Source of the DNA: Tissierellia bacterium
GTDB lineage: Bacteria > Bacillota > Clostridia > Tissierellales > Peptoniphilaceae
NCBI GenBank assembly: GCA_012728755.1
Contig: JAAYEL010000020.1
Coordinates: forward strand, 723-64,722
DNA: 64,000 nucleotides
Reading direction: 5' to 3'
Made by a program: the position numbers and the translations under genes. The notes under the pieces are model-generated. The model made no database searches, had not been told where the DNA came from, and was given only the letters and a program-made list of their open reading frames with translations. How positions within the stretch are numbered: the stretch's first letter is position 1; each line of letters opens with the position of its first letter. Below are positions 47,614 through 57,693 of this stretch, one piece after another.

Positions 47614-48684
47614 CTATAAACCTCTTTTTATCGCTTTCTGTTGTTCAAAATACTCTATAGAGTAATCAATCAATTTATCTAATAATTGAGTAAATGAAGT
47701 ATCATCCGTAACTTTCCATAAATCAGAAAATAGGGAAGTAGGAGTCATACCTGGATAGGTATTAATCTCATTTACATAAAAGTTTCCATCATTATCCATA
47801 AATGAATCCACTCTAGCAAAGCCATTGCATCCAGTTGCTAGGTAGGCATCTATAGCTAATTGTCTAATTTGTTTTGTCTTAGTCTCATCCAATACATGTG
47901 GCGAGTTTTTAATAAGTGTATTATCCATATATTTAGCATCATAATCGAATAATTCCTTGGTACTAGTATATGAACCAGGAAGAGAGGCGATAGGGTTATT
48001 ATTTCCAATAACAGAAACTTCTAATTCAACACCTTTAATTTCTTCTTCAATCACGACCTTATTGTCATATTGGAATGCATCTTTTAATGCTTCTATGATA
48101 TTTTCTCTAGTAGCTTTATTAACACCTACAGATGAACCATTGCTAGATGGTTTAACATAAACTGTCTCGCCACAAGCATCAAAGATATTTGAGATAATTG
48201 ATTCATGATCTTCATCTCTATCAAATCTTTTTCTCTCAAGGACATAATATCTTGCTTGAGGTATATCATAGGCCTTAAAAATATTATTTGTAGTTGCTTT
48301 ATCCATACAAATAGCTGATGATTCAACATCATTACCTATAAATCTTAAACCTAAAGTCTTTAAGAAACCTTGAATCTGTCCATCTTCACCAGTTGCTCCA
48401 TGAATAACTGGGATAATAATTGGATCATTTAAGCTTTGTATAAAATCAATAAATTGCATTATCGACTGCTGTTTTGTCAGGTAAGTAGTTCTTTGTAAAT
48501 CTTCTGGATTTTTAATATCTTCCTTAAAATTTCCAATAGGAACAAACCTTCCATCCTTTGTAATATATGTCATTGACACATTGTATTTTTCTTTATCTAA
48601 ATCATTGATAACGTTTTTGGCCGAGCGCAATGATATCTCATGCTCAGTACTTTCGCTACCACATAAAACGTGAATATCTATCAT
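47614..48684 (-). CDS. ddl: D-alanine--D-alanine ligase
   Basis: 356 aa. SEHEISL N-terminal motif and an ATP-grasp core ending YVNEINTYPGMT. Confidence 0.93.
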   Translation of the reverse strand: MIDIHVLCGSESTEHEISLRSAKNVINDLDKEKYNVSMTYITKDGRFVPIGNFKEDIKNPEDLQRTTYLTKQQSIMQFIDFIQSLNDPIIIPVIHGATGEDGQIQGFLKTLGLRFIGNDVESSAICMDKATTNNIFKAYDIPQARYYVLERKRFDRDEDHESIISNIFDACGETVYVKPSSNGSSVGVNKATRENIIEALKDAFQYDNKVVIEEEIKGVELEVSVIGNNNPIASLPGSYTSTKELFDYDAKYMDNTLIKNSPHVLDETKTKQIRQLAIDAYLATGCNGFARVDSFMDNDGNFYVNEINTYPGMTPTSLFSDLWKVTDDTSFTQLLDKLIDYSIEYFEQQKAIKRGL

Positions 48685-48767
48685 TTCTTCCTCCCGTAGC
48701 TATACTAATATTATATACATATTGTTAAAATTGTGAAATGTATTTATATCTCACCTATAGATTTAAG

Positions 48768-49727
48768 CTACTTCGATAGTTTCTGGTCGAGTTTATGGAT
48801 ACTGTTAATATATCTGATAGTTCCACTAGGAAGTCTAAGTAAGATACTCTCAGTTCTTGCCATATTTTCTTTTAAGTATTCTACACCTGATAGAAAAGAA
48901 CCAGAAGTGATGCCTGTTGCTGAAAAAAGCACTTGGTTTCCTTTAATTAAATCATCAAGTTTATATACTTTATCTAAGTCGATGCCTAAATCATCGCATC
49001 TTTTAAGTTGTTGTTCATCTGATGGTGTAAATACTGCTTGAAAATCACCATCAAGACATTTAAGTGCACAAGCTGCTATGATTCCTTCTGGAGCGCCACC
49101 TATTCCCATCATAAGGTCTAGCTGTCCATTTGGCATAGCTGTATCTATGGCAGTTAATATATCGCCATCATTTACCATGCTAATTCTAGCGCCAGTTTTT
49201 CTTATCTCTTCTACCAAATGATCATGTCTTTCCCTTTTTAAGACTGAAACAGTGATATCAGAAACATCCTTTTTTAAAGCTCTTGCTACATTTTCAATAT
49301 TTTCTCTCACAGACTTATTTATATCTATAAGTCCTTTTGCTTTTGGACCACAAGCAATTTTTTTCATATATACATCAGGCGCATCAAGGATGTTACCCTT
49401 TGGTGCTACGGCTAGTACCGAGATAGCATTTGGCATCCCATCAGATAATGATGTAGTCCCATCAATTGGATCTACTGCTATATCAACCTGGTCTAAATTG
49501 CTTGGATTTCCGATTTGCTCTCCAATGTAAAGCATCGGAGCATTGTCAATCTCACCTTCTCCAATAACGACTTTTCCGTCTATATTTAGAAGATTAAACA
49601 TTGTTCTCATCTCATTAACAGCGGCTTCATCAGCCCTGTCTTTGTCTCCTTGTCCTAAAAACTTACCGCTTGCAAGTGCGGCAGCTTCAGTAACCCTAGT
49701 TAAGTTAATTCCTAAATCCCTATTCAT
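48768..49727 (-). CDS. glpX: class II fructose-1,6-bisphosphatase
   Basis: Start moved to ATG 49727 (MNRDLGINLTRVTEAAALA), which follows GAAGGAG; the ORF-track start at 49742 is TTG. Motifs DPIDGT and GGAPEG. Confidence 0.9.
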   Translation of the reverse strand: MNRDLGINLTRVTEAAALASGKFLGQGDKDRADEAAVNEMRTMFNLLNIDGKVVIGEGEIDNAPMLYIGEQIGNPSNLDQVDIAVDPIDGTTSLSDGMPNAISVLAVAPKGNILDAPDVYMKKIACGPKAKGLIDINKSVRENIENVARALKKDVSDITVSVLKRERHDHLVEEIRKTGARISMVNDGDILTAIDTAMPNGQLDLMMGIGGAPEGIIAACALKCLDGDFQAVFTPSDEQQLKRCDDLGIDLDKVYKLDDLIKGNQVLFSATGITSGSFLSGVEYLKENMARTESILLRLPSGTIRYINSIHKLDQKLSK

Positions 49728-49787
49728 CGTATTCTCCTTCAATTACGTTTGAGCTAAGTATCCAAAAACTAAACAATTATTTGAGTA

Positions 49788-51011
49788 TTAAGCCCAGTTT
49801 CCATCCACAAAAATATTAACTTGTTTACCTTCATGATCTATACCTACTATAGATAAATCGCTAGTACCAACCATGAAATCCTCATGAATAAATGAGTCAT
49901 TTACTCCATGAGCTGCCAACTCTTCCTCGCTCATCGCATCCCCGCCCTTAAGAGTAGTAGGATAAGCCTTACCAAATGCCAAATGGCATGAAGCGTTCTC
50001 ATCAAATAATGTATTGAAGAATAATACATTTGAGTCTGATATAGGTGACTTAAATGGCACTAGTGCCACTTCACCAAGATATCTAGCATTTTCATCTTGT
50101 TCAAAAATTGAAGAAAGAGTTTCTTTTCCAACCTTAGCATCAAAATCAACTACTCTACCATTTTCAAATTTTAACCAAAATTCATCTATAACATTACCAT
50201 TGTAAGCTAGAGGCTTTGATGAGTATACTATCCCATTAACTCCATCTTTTTTAGGTAAAGTAAAGACTTCTTCAGTTGGCATATTAGGTACAAATTCCTC
50301 TTCTTTAGCGTTTAGAGAACTTGCTGCAGTCCAAATATGACCTTCTGGTAATTCGATATCAAGATCTGTACCATTTGAAGCTTTATATCTTAAATACTTA
50401 AAGTTTGAATTATTTAACCAAGTCGCTTTATCAAGTAAAAGTTGTAAATGATCTTTCCATGCCTTAACAGGATCTTCAAGATTTACTCTAGTAACATCAA
50501 AAATTAACTCCCATAAATCAGATACAGAGTCTTTAGATTCAGGCAATACTTTATCAGCCCATGCTTTTGTAGGCACTGATACTACACACCATGAGTTAAT
50601 ATCATTCATAGTATATTTCATAAGTGGCTTGAATTTCATGCTCATCGCAAGGCTCACTCTTTGAATTTTCTCACTATCAATATTTTTTAATAGCTCAGGA
50701 TTAGCTGCATATACGGAAATGAATTTAGCTCCTTTTTCATATAGGTATTCATTTCTATCATATAAATATTGAGGGATATCTTCCATAACCTCAACAGGTG
50801 AGTTTTCATATTCCATTAATGTCAAATCATCATCTGACCAATTCACTATAACACTATGTGCACCAGCTTCATAAGAGTTTTTAGCAAGAAGTCTAGCAAA
50901 ATCAGCCCTTTCAATAGGACACTTAATAACTATAGTATCGCCTTCTTTAACTTGAACTCCAATATCTGTGACTAATTTAGCATATGTGCTTAATTTTTTT
51001 GTAAAATCCAT
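49788..51011 (-). CDS. M29-family aminopeptidase (AmpS/PepS type)
   Basis: 407 aa. C-terminal metal-binding segment HLAFG...HEDFMVG. Confidence 0.85.
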   Translation of the reverse strand: MDFTKKLSTYAKLVTDIGVQVKEGDTIVIKCPIERADFARLLAKNSYEAGAHSVIVNWSDDDLTLMEYENSPVEVMEDIPQYLYDRNEYLYEKGAKFISVYAANPELLKNIDSEKIQRVSLAMSMKFKPLMKYTMNDINSWCVVSVPTKAWADKVLPESKDSVSDLWELIFDVTRVNLEDPVKAWKDHLQLLLDKATWLNNSNFKYLRYKASNGTDLDIELPEGHIWTAASSLNAKEEEFVPNMPTEEVFTLPKKDGVNGIVYSSKPLAYNGNVIDEFWLKFENGRVVDFDAKVGKETLSSIFEQDENARYLGEVALVPFKSPISDSNVLFFNTLFDENASCHLAFGKAYPTTLKGGDAMSEEELAAHGVNDSFIHEDFMVGTSDLSIVGIDHEGKQVNIFVDGNWA

Positions 51012-51240
51012 AATACCTCCAAAATTTTTCTACTTATTTAAAAGAAATTATACAAATTATACCACAAATGGCTGTTTGATGATAATTTTAAAGGGCTTAA
51101 TCCACCTGTTTTTATCAAAATATCAAGATATATGTTATACTCTAACTAAATATTTATTATTGGAACTACAGTCGAAAAAATAAATTTGTAATTTGACTCA
51201 AATTTGATATAATAAAGGACAGGTAATAGCTAGGGTTATA

Positions 51241-51269
51241 TTGAAATATACACACAAAAGTGATATAAT
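51241..51269 (+). promoter_or_regulatory. sigma-A promoter of rpmE with extended -10
   Basis: TTGAAA - 17 nt (ending TGA) - TATAAT. Confidence 0.6.
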
Positions 51270-51311
51270 ACTAAAGCTATAAGATATTAGTAAGCAAAAG
51301 AGGTGATATAG

Positions 51312-51515
51312 ATGAAAAAAGACTTACATCCAAAGTATAATGAAGAAGCAACAGTAACATGTGCTTGTGGTAATACATTTACTACAGGATCTACAAAAGA
51401 CGAATTAAAAGTAGAAATCTGTTCTGAATGTCATCCATTCTATACTGGTAAACAAAAGTTCGTTGAACGTGGTGGTAGAGTAGAAAGATTTAAAAAGAAA
51501 TACAATATGGACTAA
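51312..51515 (+). CDS. rpmE: 50S ribosomal protein L31 (zinc-binding type A)
   Basis: 67 aa. MKKDLHP start and a CxC...CxxCHPFYTG motif. Confidence 0.95.
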   Translation: MKKDLHPKYNEEATVTCACGNTFTTGSTKDELKVEICSECHPFYTGKQKFVERGGRVERFKKKYNMD

Positions 51516-51566
51516 TTCTACTAAAAAGAGCATCGTAGATGAAGCTCTAAAGAATTTGACTTACAC

Positions 51567-51595
51567 CAGAGACATTAACCAATGTCTCTGTTTTT
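51567..51595 (+). terminator. intrinsic terminator of rpmE
   Basis: CAGAGACATT-AACC-AATGTCTCTG followed by TTTTT. Confidence 0.8.
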
Positions 51596-51685
51596 CTTTA
51601 TCCACAAAACCTCTAGCATTTTACCTGATGGCATATATTTGGTAAAATGTATCTAGACTCAAAAAATTAAACAAATGGAGATAAG

Positions 51686-52615
51686 ATGAAAAAAGTAGTT
51701 AAGAAGACTACCATCGGTGGACAGGCTCTATTTGAGGGCATCCTTATGAAAGGACCACACGAATCCTCAATAGTTGTAAGAAAACCTGATGGAAGCTTAG
51801 AATCAAAAATAGTAAATAACAAAAGCATTTCAGATAAATACTCAATATTCAAATTGCCATTTTTCAGAGGCATGGGAGCGTTGTATGATGCGCTTAAAAA
51901 TGGTACAGGAGCTATAAACTATAGTACGAGCTTTTATGAAGAAAGCGAAGAAGAAAAGCAAAAAGAGGCGAATAAATCTAAATTTAGAAGAAAGCTTGAA
52001 GATGCGTTAGTATCGGTGGCAGGCATACTTATGGTATTAGGCTTTTTGTTCGCATTTTTAGTGCTTCCTTCAATGATATCAAATCTTTTTAGAAATCAAA
52101 TTAGCTCACCACTAGTATTAAACTTGATAGAAGGATTAATCAGAATCATATTTTTCTTTATATATATCTTTGTGATATCAAATATTGAAGATATAAAAAG
52201 AGTTTTTATGTATCATGGCGCTGAACACAAAACTATAGCTACCTATGAATTTGGTGAAGAACTTACTGTTGAAAATGCAAGAAAAAATAGTATGTTGCAT
52301 CCAAGATGTGGCACAAGTTTTATGTTTAATATGGTGATAATATCATCTATAGTATTGGCATTTTTCGGATGGCCAAATCCAATAGTTAGGGCCGTGACTA
52401 GAATCCTAATCCTTCCGATACTTGTTGGTATCACTTATGAAGCTAATAGATGGATGGGTCGTTCAGATTCAAAAATGGCAAAGATACTTTCTAAGCCAGG
52501 GATGTTTATCCAATATATCGGAACGGTTAAAGAACCAACAGATGATATGTTAGAAGTAGCGATTGAATCGCTTAAACTAGTAATTCCTGAAAATGCAAAA
52601 GATGATATTTGGTAA
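51686..52615 (+). CDS. DUF1385-family membrane protein (YqhQ-like)
   Basis: 309 aa. IGGQALFEGILMKG start and an HGAEHK motif. Usual position between rpmE and prmC/prfA. Confidence 0.8.
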   Translation: MKKVVKKTTIGGQALFEGILMKGPHESSIVVRKPDGSLESKIVNNKSISDKYSIFKLPFFRGMGALYDALKNGTGAINYSTSFYEESEEEKQKEANKSKFRRKLEDALVSVAGILMVLGFLFAFLVLPSMISNLFRNQISSPLVLNLIEGLIRIIFFFIYIFVISNIEDIKRVFMYHGAEHKTIATYEFGEELTVENARKNSMLHPRCGTSFMFNMVIISSIVLAFFGWPNPIVRAVTRILILPILVGITYEANRWMGRSDSKMAKILSKPGMFIQYIGTVKEPTDDMLEVAIESLKLVIPENAKDDIW

Positions 52616-52620
52616 AAGAA

Positions 52621-53412
52621 ATGAAAATTAGAGATTATTTTACAAAACATGATAAGGATACGACTAGAATCGTCCTAAGCTATATGCTAGATAAGTCATT
52701 TTCTGAAGTGGTATACAATCAAGACTATGAGATTGATAGCGATATGGTAGAAAAAATAGATGAAGTTTTTGACAAAATCAATACTGGTTATCCAATTCAA
52801 TATGCACTGAAAAAGTGGAATTTTTATGGAAGAGATTTTGATATCGATGAAGATGTTTTGATTCCTAGAAGAGAAACCGAGCTATTGGTTGAGTTAGTAT
52901 TAAAAGAAAAAATTGATGGCAAAAAGATTCTTGATATCGGAACAGGGTCGGGTGCGATTGCCATCTCGATAAAGCTAGAAAATCCAAAAGCAGAAGTGTA
53001 TGCGTCGGACATTTCACCAAAAGCGATAGTAAAAGCTAGAGGAAATGCCGAAAAATTAGGAGCGAATGTAACATTTATAGAATCAGATTTATTTGAAAAT
53101 ATAGGACAAAAATTTGACTTCATTGTCTCAAATCCACCTTATATATCTCAAAAAGACTATGATAATCTTGAAAAATTATTATACTTTGAACCTAAAAATG
53201 CTTTATTAGGTGGAGAATTAGGACATGAGATATATGCTAGAATCATAAGTGAAGCTAAGCAATATCTGAATCCTCATGGAAAGATTTTGTTTGAGATTGG
53301 TTTTGATCAAGCACAAATAGTCAGTGAATTACTTGAAAAATCAGGATTTACAAATATAAAGGTCCACAAGGATTATGGTGGATATGATAGGATAGTAGAA
53401 GGCACGAATTAA
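52621..53412 (+). CDS. prmC: release factor glutamine N5-methyltransferase
   Basis: SAM motif ILDIGTGSGAI and catalytic NPPY (VSNPPYI). The ATG at 52621 is preferred over the TTG at 52609. Confidence 0.88.
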   Translation: MKIRDYFTKHDKDTTRIVLSYMLDKSFSEVVYNQDYEIDSDMVEKIDEVFDKINTGYPIQYALKKWNFYGRDFDIDEDVLIPRRETELLVELVLKEKIDGKKILDIGTGSGAIAISIKLENPKAEVYASDISPKAIVKARGNAEKLGANVTFIESDLFENIGQKFDFIVSNPPYISQKDYDNLEKLLYFEPKNALLGGELGHEIYARIISEAKQYLNPHGKILFEIGFDQAQIVSELLEKSGFTNIKVHKDYGGYDRIVEGTN

Positions 53413-53529
53413 AGACATTTAAACAGTGGGCAAGTCCCACTGTTATTGCGTTTTGATGGATATTTTGCTAGACTATCTTTTGTGTTATAATATTTAAGAG
53501 AATAGATGAACAGGAATATAGAGGTAGAT

Positions 53530-54597
53530 ATGTTTGAAAAATTAAAGAAAACTAGAGACTATTACTACGAATTAGAAAAGAAATTAGTTGATCCTGAGCT
53601 TTTAGCAAATATGGATCAATGGCAAGAAGTTAATAAAGAATATGGTGGATTAAAGACATTAGTTGAAAAATATAATGAATATGATAAGGCTAAACAAACC
53701 ATTGCCGAAGATAAGGAAATGCTTGAAGTATCTGATGATCACGATATGAATGCTATGCTTAAAGAAGAGATATCAACACTTGAAAAATCAATACCAGGTT
53801 TAGAAGAAGAGATAAAAGTACTTCTATTACCAAAAGACCCTAATGATAACAAAAACGTATTTGTTGAGATTAGAGCAGGTGCTGGTGGAGATGAAGCTGG
53901 ATTATTTGCAGCTGAACTTTATAGAATGTATCATATGTATGCTGATTCAAAGGGCTTTAAGACTGAAGAAGTTGAATATTCTGAACAAGGTTCAGGTGGT
54001 ATCAAAGAAGCCATTTTCATGATTAAAGGACAAGGCGCTTATTCAAAACTTAAATATGAATCAGGTGTTCATAGAGTACAAAGAGTACCACAAACTGAAT
54101 CAAGTGGACGTATTCATACATCAACAGCTACAGTAGCAGTACTACCAGAAGCTGAAGAAGTTGACGTTGAGATTGATGCTAGTACAGAATTAAGAATTGA
54201 TGTATTTAGAGCATCTGGAGCAGGCGGACAACACGTTAACACAACTGACTCTGCAGTAAGAATCACGCATATACCAACAGGTCTTGTAGTAAGTTGCCAA
54301 GATGAAAAATCACAACATAAAAATAAAGACAAGGCAATGAAAATCCTATATGCTAGACTTTATGAACTAAAGATGGAAGAACAACAAAAAGAACTATCTG
54401 AAGACAGAAAGACACAAGTAGGTACAGGTGACAGATCTGAAAAAATCAGAACATATAACTTCCCACAAGGAAGAGTAACTGATCACAGAATCAACGTAAC
54501 AGTTCACCAACTAGGAGACTTCCTAAACGGCGAGATAGAAGGCATGATAGAAGCACTTATCACAGAAGACCAAGCAAAGAAAATTCAATTACACTAA
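53530..54597 (+). CDS. prfA: peptide chain release factor 1
   Basis: Start at ATG 53530 (MFEKLKK...). PxT-type decoding region (RVPQTES) and a GGQ motif (SGAGGQHVN). Confidence 0.93.
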   Translation: MFEKLKKTRDYYYELEKKLVDPELLANMDQWQEVNKEYGGLKTLVEKYNEYDKAKQTIAEDKEMLEVSDDHDMNAMLKEEISTLEKSIPGLEEEIKVLLLPKDPNDNKNVFVEIRAGAGGDEAGLFAAELYRMYHMYADSKGFKTEEVEYSEQGSGGIKEAIFMIKGQGAYSKLKYESGVHRVQRVPQTESSGRIHTSTATVAVLPEAEEVDVEIDASTELRIDVFRASGAGGQHVNTTDSAVRITHIPTGLVVSCQDEKSQHKNKDKAMKILYARLYELKMEEQQKELSEDRKTQVGTGDRSEKIRTYNFPQGRVTDHRINVTVHQLGDFLNGEIEGMIEALITEDQAKKIQLH

Positions 54598-54605
54598 AAA
54601 TCAAA

Positions 54606-54632
54606 CTGCTAAGAATCCTTAGCAGTTTTTTT
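54606..54632 (+). terminator. intrinsic terminator of prfA
   Basis: CTGCTAAG-AATC-CTTAGCAG followed by TTTTTTT. Confidence 0.85.
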
Positions 54633-54707
54633 GTGAAATGGACATGCTTCGTAAGTTGCTGAGTTAAAGAAGAGGATTTTGCTTGCTATCATCATTTGCC
54701 AGCCCGC

Positions 54708-55019
54708 CCCCCCAAGTTCGCGTTTTTAGTCACTTCTTGGGGGGCAATTTTTAGCCCCAAAACCCCCCAAGTTAGCTAGATTTAGTATTTCTTGGGGGGC
54801 AATTTTCAACCCCAAAACCCCCCAAGTTTTAACTTTTCAGTTCTTCTTGGGGGGTTTTTCGAAGACTTTTTTTCCACCATGTTTTATACTTTTAGAGTAA
54901 CTTGGGGGGTTTTTGAATGTTTTTTGGCCCCCCAAGATTCTAGATTTTAGTGTATCTTGGGGGGTTTTTGAGCCATTTTTAGCCCACAAAGTTTTTACAT
55001 TTTGAGGGTTCTTGGGGGG
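54708..55019. repeat. tandem hairpin array, 6 units of 55 bp (stem family CCCCCCAAG)
   Basis: Unit is CCCCCCAAG - 19 nt T-rich loop - CTTGGGGGG. Left arms start at 54708, 54763, 54818, about 54873 (degenerate), 54928 and 54983 (degenerate). Confidence 0.93.
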
Positions 55020-55037
55020 CCCAACGCTTATAAAATA

Positions 55038-55176
55038 TGGAAGCTTGCTTCGCAAGCTACTTATTAAGTGAAAGGAAGGTTTCGCTAGCGAAACCTCTCA
55101 TTCTGAGATTGGAGGAGTCGAATTTACGTAGATTGAGGCCCTGTCCTAAGAGTATAGGACCTTTTCTGTGTAAAAT
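55038..55176. repeat. flank modules of the repeat family
   Basis: AGCTTGC-TTC-GCAAGCT at 55042-55058 and GGTTTCGC-TA-GCGAAACC at 55078-55095. AGGACCTTTTCTGTGTAAAAT at 55156-55176 matches 35298-35316 at 18 of 21 positions. Confidence 0.75.
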
Positions 55177-56608
55177 TCTCCACAACTACCTTTGCCACTT
55201 CCTTTACTGAGCGGATATCATTTGCTCGATAATGGATTGAAAATACCCACATGCCTATCATATAAAGATTTTCTAATTCGCCGTAACGCTTGCTAAGCAC
55301 TGTCGCTTTCGGCCATGTTATATTGACAGAATTACCTTCTTCATCGGAGTCGATAATCTTTTTATCATATAAGTTTTTTATCAGGGTATTGCGCTTAGCA
55401 TTTCTTTCAATGTTAAAGTCAAATCCAGTCGTATTGATTAGATAATCAACGGTGATGTTTTCATCCGCGATAGCTTCGAACTGACCCGAGTCATTAACCT
55501 TTATTTCTTCCAAACCCTTTATGATTAAGGCTTTGCCAGCATCTATGGTATCAAGTAGCCAAGTTGCAGTATTTGGCGGGGTTAAGGCTCTAAAAGCGTC
55601 TATCTTATCATGATATTTATCCATATAGAAATTTTGATCACTCTTAGAAAGTAGACCATAAAGCTTAGAAAAGTATTTTGTAAAATGCTCGAAATACTCT
55701 ACTATCAATGCGATATCTTGAGGTTTTTCTTCCAAAAGTTCCCTATAAAGTTCAAGCGAATTATTCTTTATTCGCTCATAGCATTTATGAAAAGCCACTC
55801 CTTCTGATTTGAAGTCCTCAGCTACAAGATGCAAGATATTATCTAAAGGAATAATCCCTCCATTTTCATCAAGCTGGGTCTGAACCCATTCATCATTTAT
55901 AGAGAATCTAAATTCGGATTTATCCAGTTCAATATGCGGGATATTAAATATTGAATCTCTAGTTAGTATGTAAAATGGATTTTCTAACTCATAGCTTTGA
56001 AGTATATATCTAAAAACATCAAGGCTAGTAGCGCCAGCGCCAATCATAGCGATTTTATCATCCTTTGTTAGGTGAGCTAGCATCTTTTCCAAAGGATAAG
56101 GATTATGGATATAGTTTTTCTTATCTCGTAAATCATAATGGTCCGAATAATCAGGATGACCTAAAGTTAGAAAAACTGCATCAAAGATGGGCTCTTCCCA
56201 TTGGTCAGTTTTTAGTCTGTATGTTTTAGGAAAGCTTTCGACAACCTCCATATCTGTTACTTCCTTTTTGACGATGTTGATGTTTGGATGATTGTAGTAG
56301 GGTCTATAGAAATCTTCTAGATATTGACCGTAGTAGTTACGAGGTGTCATACCTTCAAAGTTTTGATAAGTAGTTTTGTTCGCTTCAAGCCATTTTACAA
56401 AACCCATATCATCATCGTCCATGCTCATAAAGTGCTCGGGTACATTTAGGAGTTTATATTCGGATTCGAATTCGTAGGGAAATCCCGAGCCGAGTTTTTC
56501 GCGAGGTTCGAAGATATAGATTTGATTTTGCTCTATAAGATTATTATCGAATAAGTTTTTTAGTATATTTGAGCCGCTAAGACCAGCACCTATTATGGCA
56601 ATATTCAT
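55124..56608 (-). CDS. FAD/NAD(P)-binding protein of unknown function (NAD_binding_9-like)
   Basis: 494 aa. N-terminal IAIIGAGLSGS and a second dinucleotide fold IAMIGAGATSLD. The last 15 or so codons lie in a repeat module. GGAGG RBS. Confidence 0.6.
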   Translation of the reverse strand: MNIAIIGAGLSGSNILKNLFDNNLIEQNQIYIFEPREKLGSGFPYEFESEYKLLNVPEHFMSMDDDDMGFVKWLEANKTTYQNFEGMTPRNYYGQYLEDFYRPYYNHPNINIVKKEVTDMEVVESFPKTYRLKTDQWEEPIFDAVFLTLGHPDYSDHYDLRDKKNYIHNPYPLEKMLAHLTKDDKIAMIGAGATSLDVFRYILQSYELENPFYILTRDSIFNIPHIELDKSEFRFSINDEWVQTQLDENGGIIPLDNILHLVAEDFKSEGVAFHKCYERIKNNSLELYRELLEEKPQDIALIVEYFEHFTKYFSKLYGLLSKSDQNFYMDKYHDKIDAFRALTPPNTATWLLDTIDAGKALIIKGLEEIKVNDSGQFEAIADENITVDYLINTTGFDFNIERNAKRNTLIKNLYDKKIIDSDEEGNSVNITWPKATVLSKRYGELENLYMIGMWVFSIHYRANDIRSVKEVAKVVVENFTQKRSYTLRTGPQST

Positions 56609-56786
56609 ATTTACCTCCTGTTGAATTCATTATATATTTAGATACCCTTATCAGGTGAAATCAGCACCATAATGATAAATTATTATGCCCGATATAATCA
56701 ACTTAATCGTATTTATGATATAATATATAAGATATAGACATAGTAAAAAATAGAGTATAAGGAAGGGACTTTCAGAAGGTGAAAAT

Positions 56787-57659
56787 ATGAGTAGAGTAGA
56801 TAAGATATTTTTAGAAAAGGCAAATTCCATTTTGGAAGAAGGATATAGCGAAAGAGATTTGAACTCTGCAGTTAGACCTATTTGGGATGATGGAGATCAA
56901 ACTACAAGTGCATATACGAAGTATTTGACTCAACAATTTGTCGAATACAAACAAGGTGAAGTTCCTATAATAAATCTTAGGAAAATTGCATGGAAGACAG
57001 CGATTAAAGAAGTTTTATGGATTTATAAAGATAAATGCAATAATGTAGCAAATTTGAAAGAAAAATACAATGTACATTATTGGGACAGCTGGACTAATGA
57101 AGAAGGAAGTTTAGGGACAGCATATGGCTACCAAACGGCAAAGACTTTTAAGTCACCAGAAACTGGAGAATTTATAAATCAAGTAGATAGATTAATTCAA
57201 CAATTAAAGGTAAATCCTTTAAATAGAAGACTGATTATATCACTTTATGATGTAGATGATTTGGCCGATATGACATTGATACCATGTGCATTTATGACAT
57301 TATGGAGTGTTAGAGGCGAATATTTAGATATGACTTTGGTTCAAAGAAGTGGAGATTTCTTAGCTGCTGCAGGACCAGGAGGTATTAATACATTCCAATA
57401 CTATGTATTGATGAGAATGATAGCACAAGTAACAGGATATAAGCCTGGCAAATTTGTGCACTTTGTGCAAAATCTTCATATCTATGATAGACATATAGAT
57501 ACAGTTAAAGAAATTATGGAAGAAGATAGTGAAAAAGAGGGACCAACACTTTGGGTTAATCCATAAGTGAAGGACTTTAAGGATTTTACAATTGATGATT
57601 TTAAGTTGATGGACTATAATCCTTCAACTAAGAAATATGATATTCCTATAGCTATTTAG
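56787..57659 (+). pseudogene. thyA: thymidylate synthase ThyA interrupted by an in-frame TAA at 57564-57566
   Basis: Conserved core with the active-site context LIPCAFMT. The ORF stops at ...GPTLWVNP*, and the same frame continues VKDFKDFTIDDFKLMDYNPSTKKYDIPIAI to the TAG at 57657-57659. That continuation is the conserved ThyA C-terminus. Confidence 0.7.
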
Positions 57660-57693
57660 GAAAATTGTTAGAGAGTAGAAAGATAGGTAGAAA

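Noticed and set aside
51598-51606. Isolated perfect DnaA box TTATCCACA just after the rpmE terminator
   Set aside because: A single 9-mer match is about what chance predicts for 64 kb searched on both strands, and there are no neighbouring boxes.
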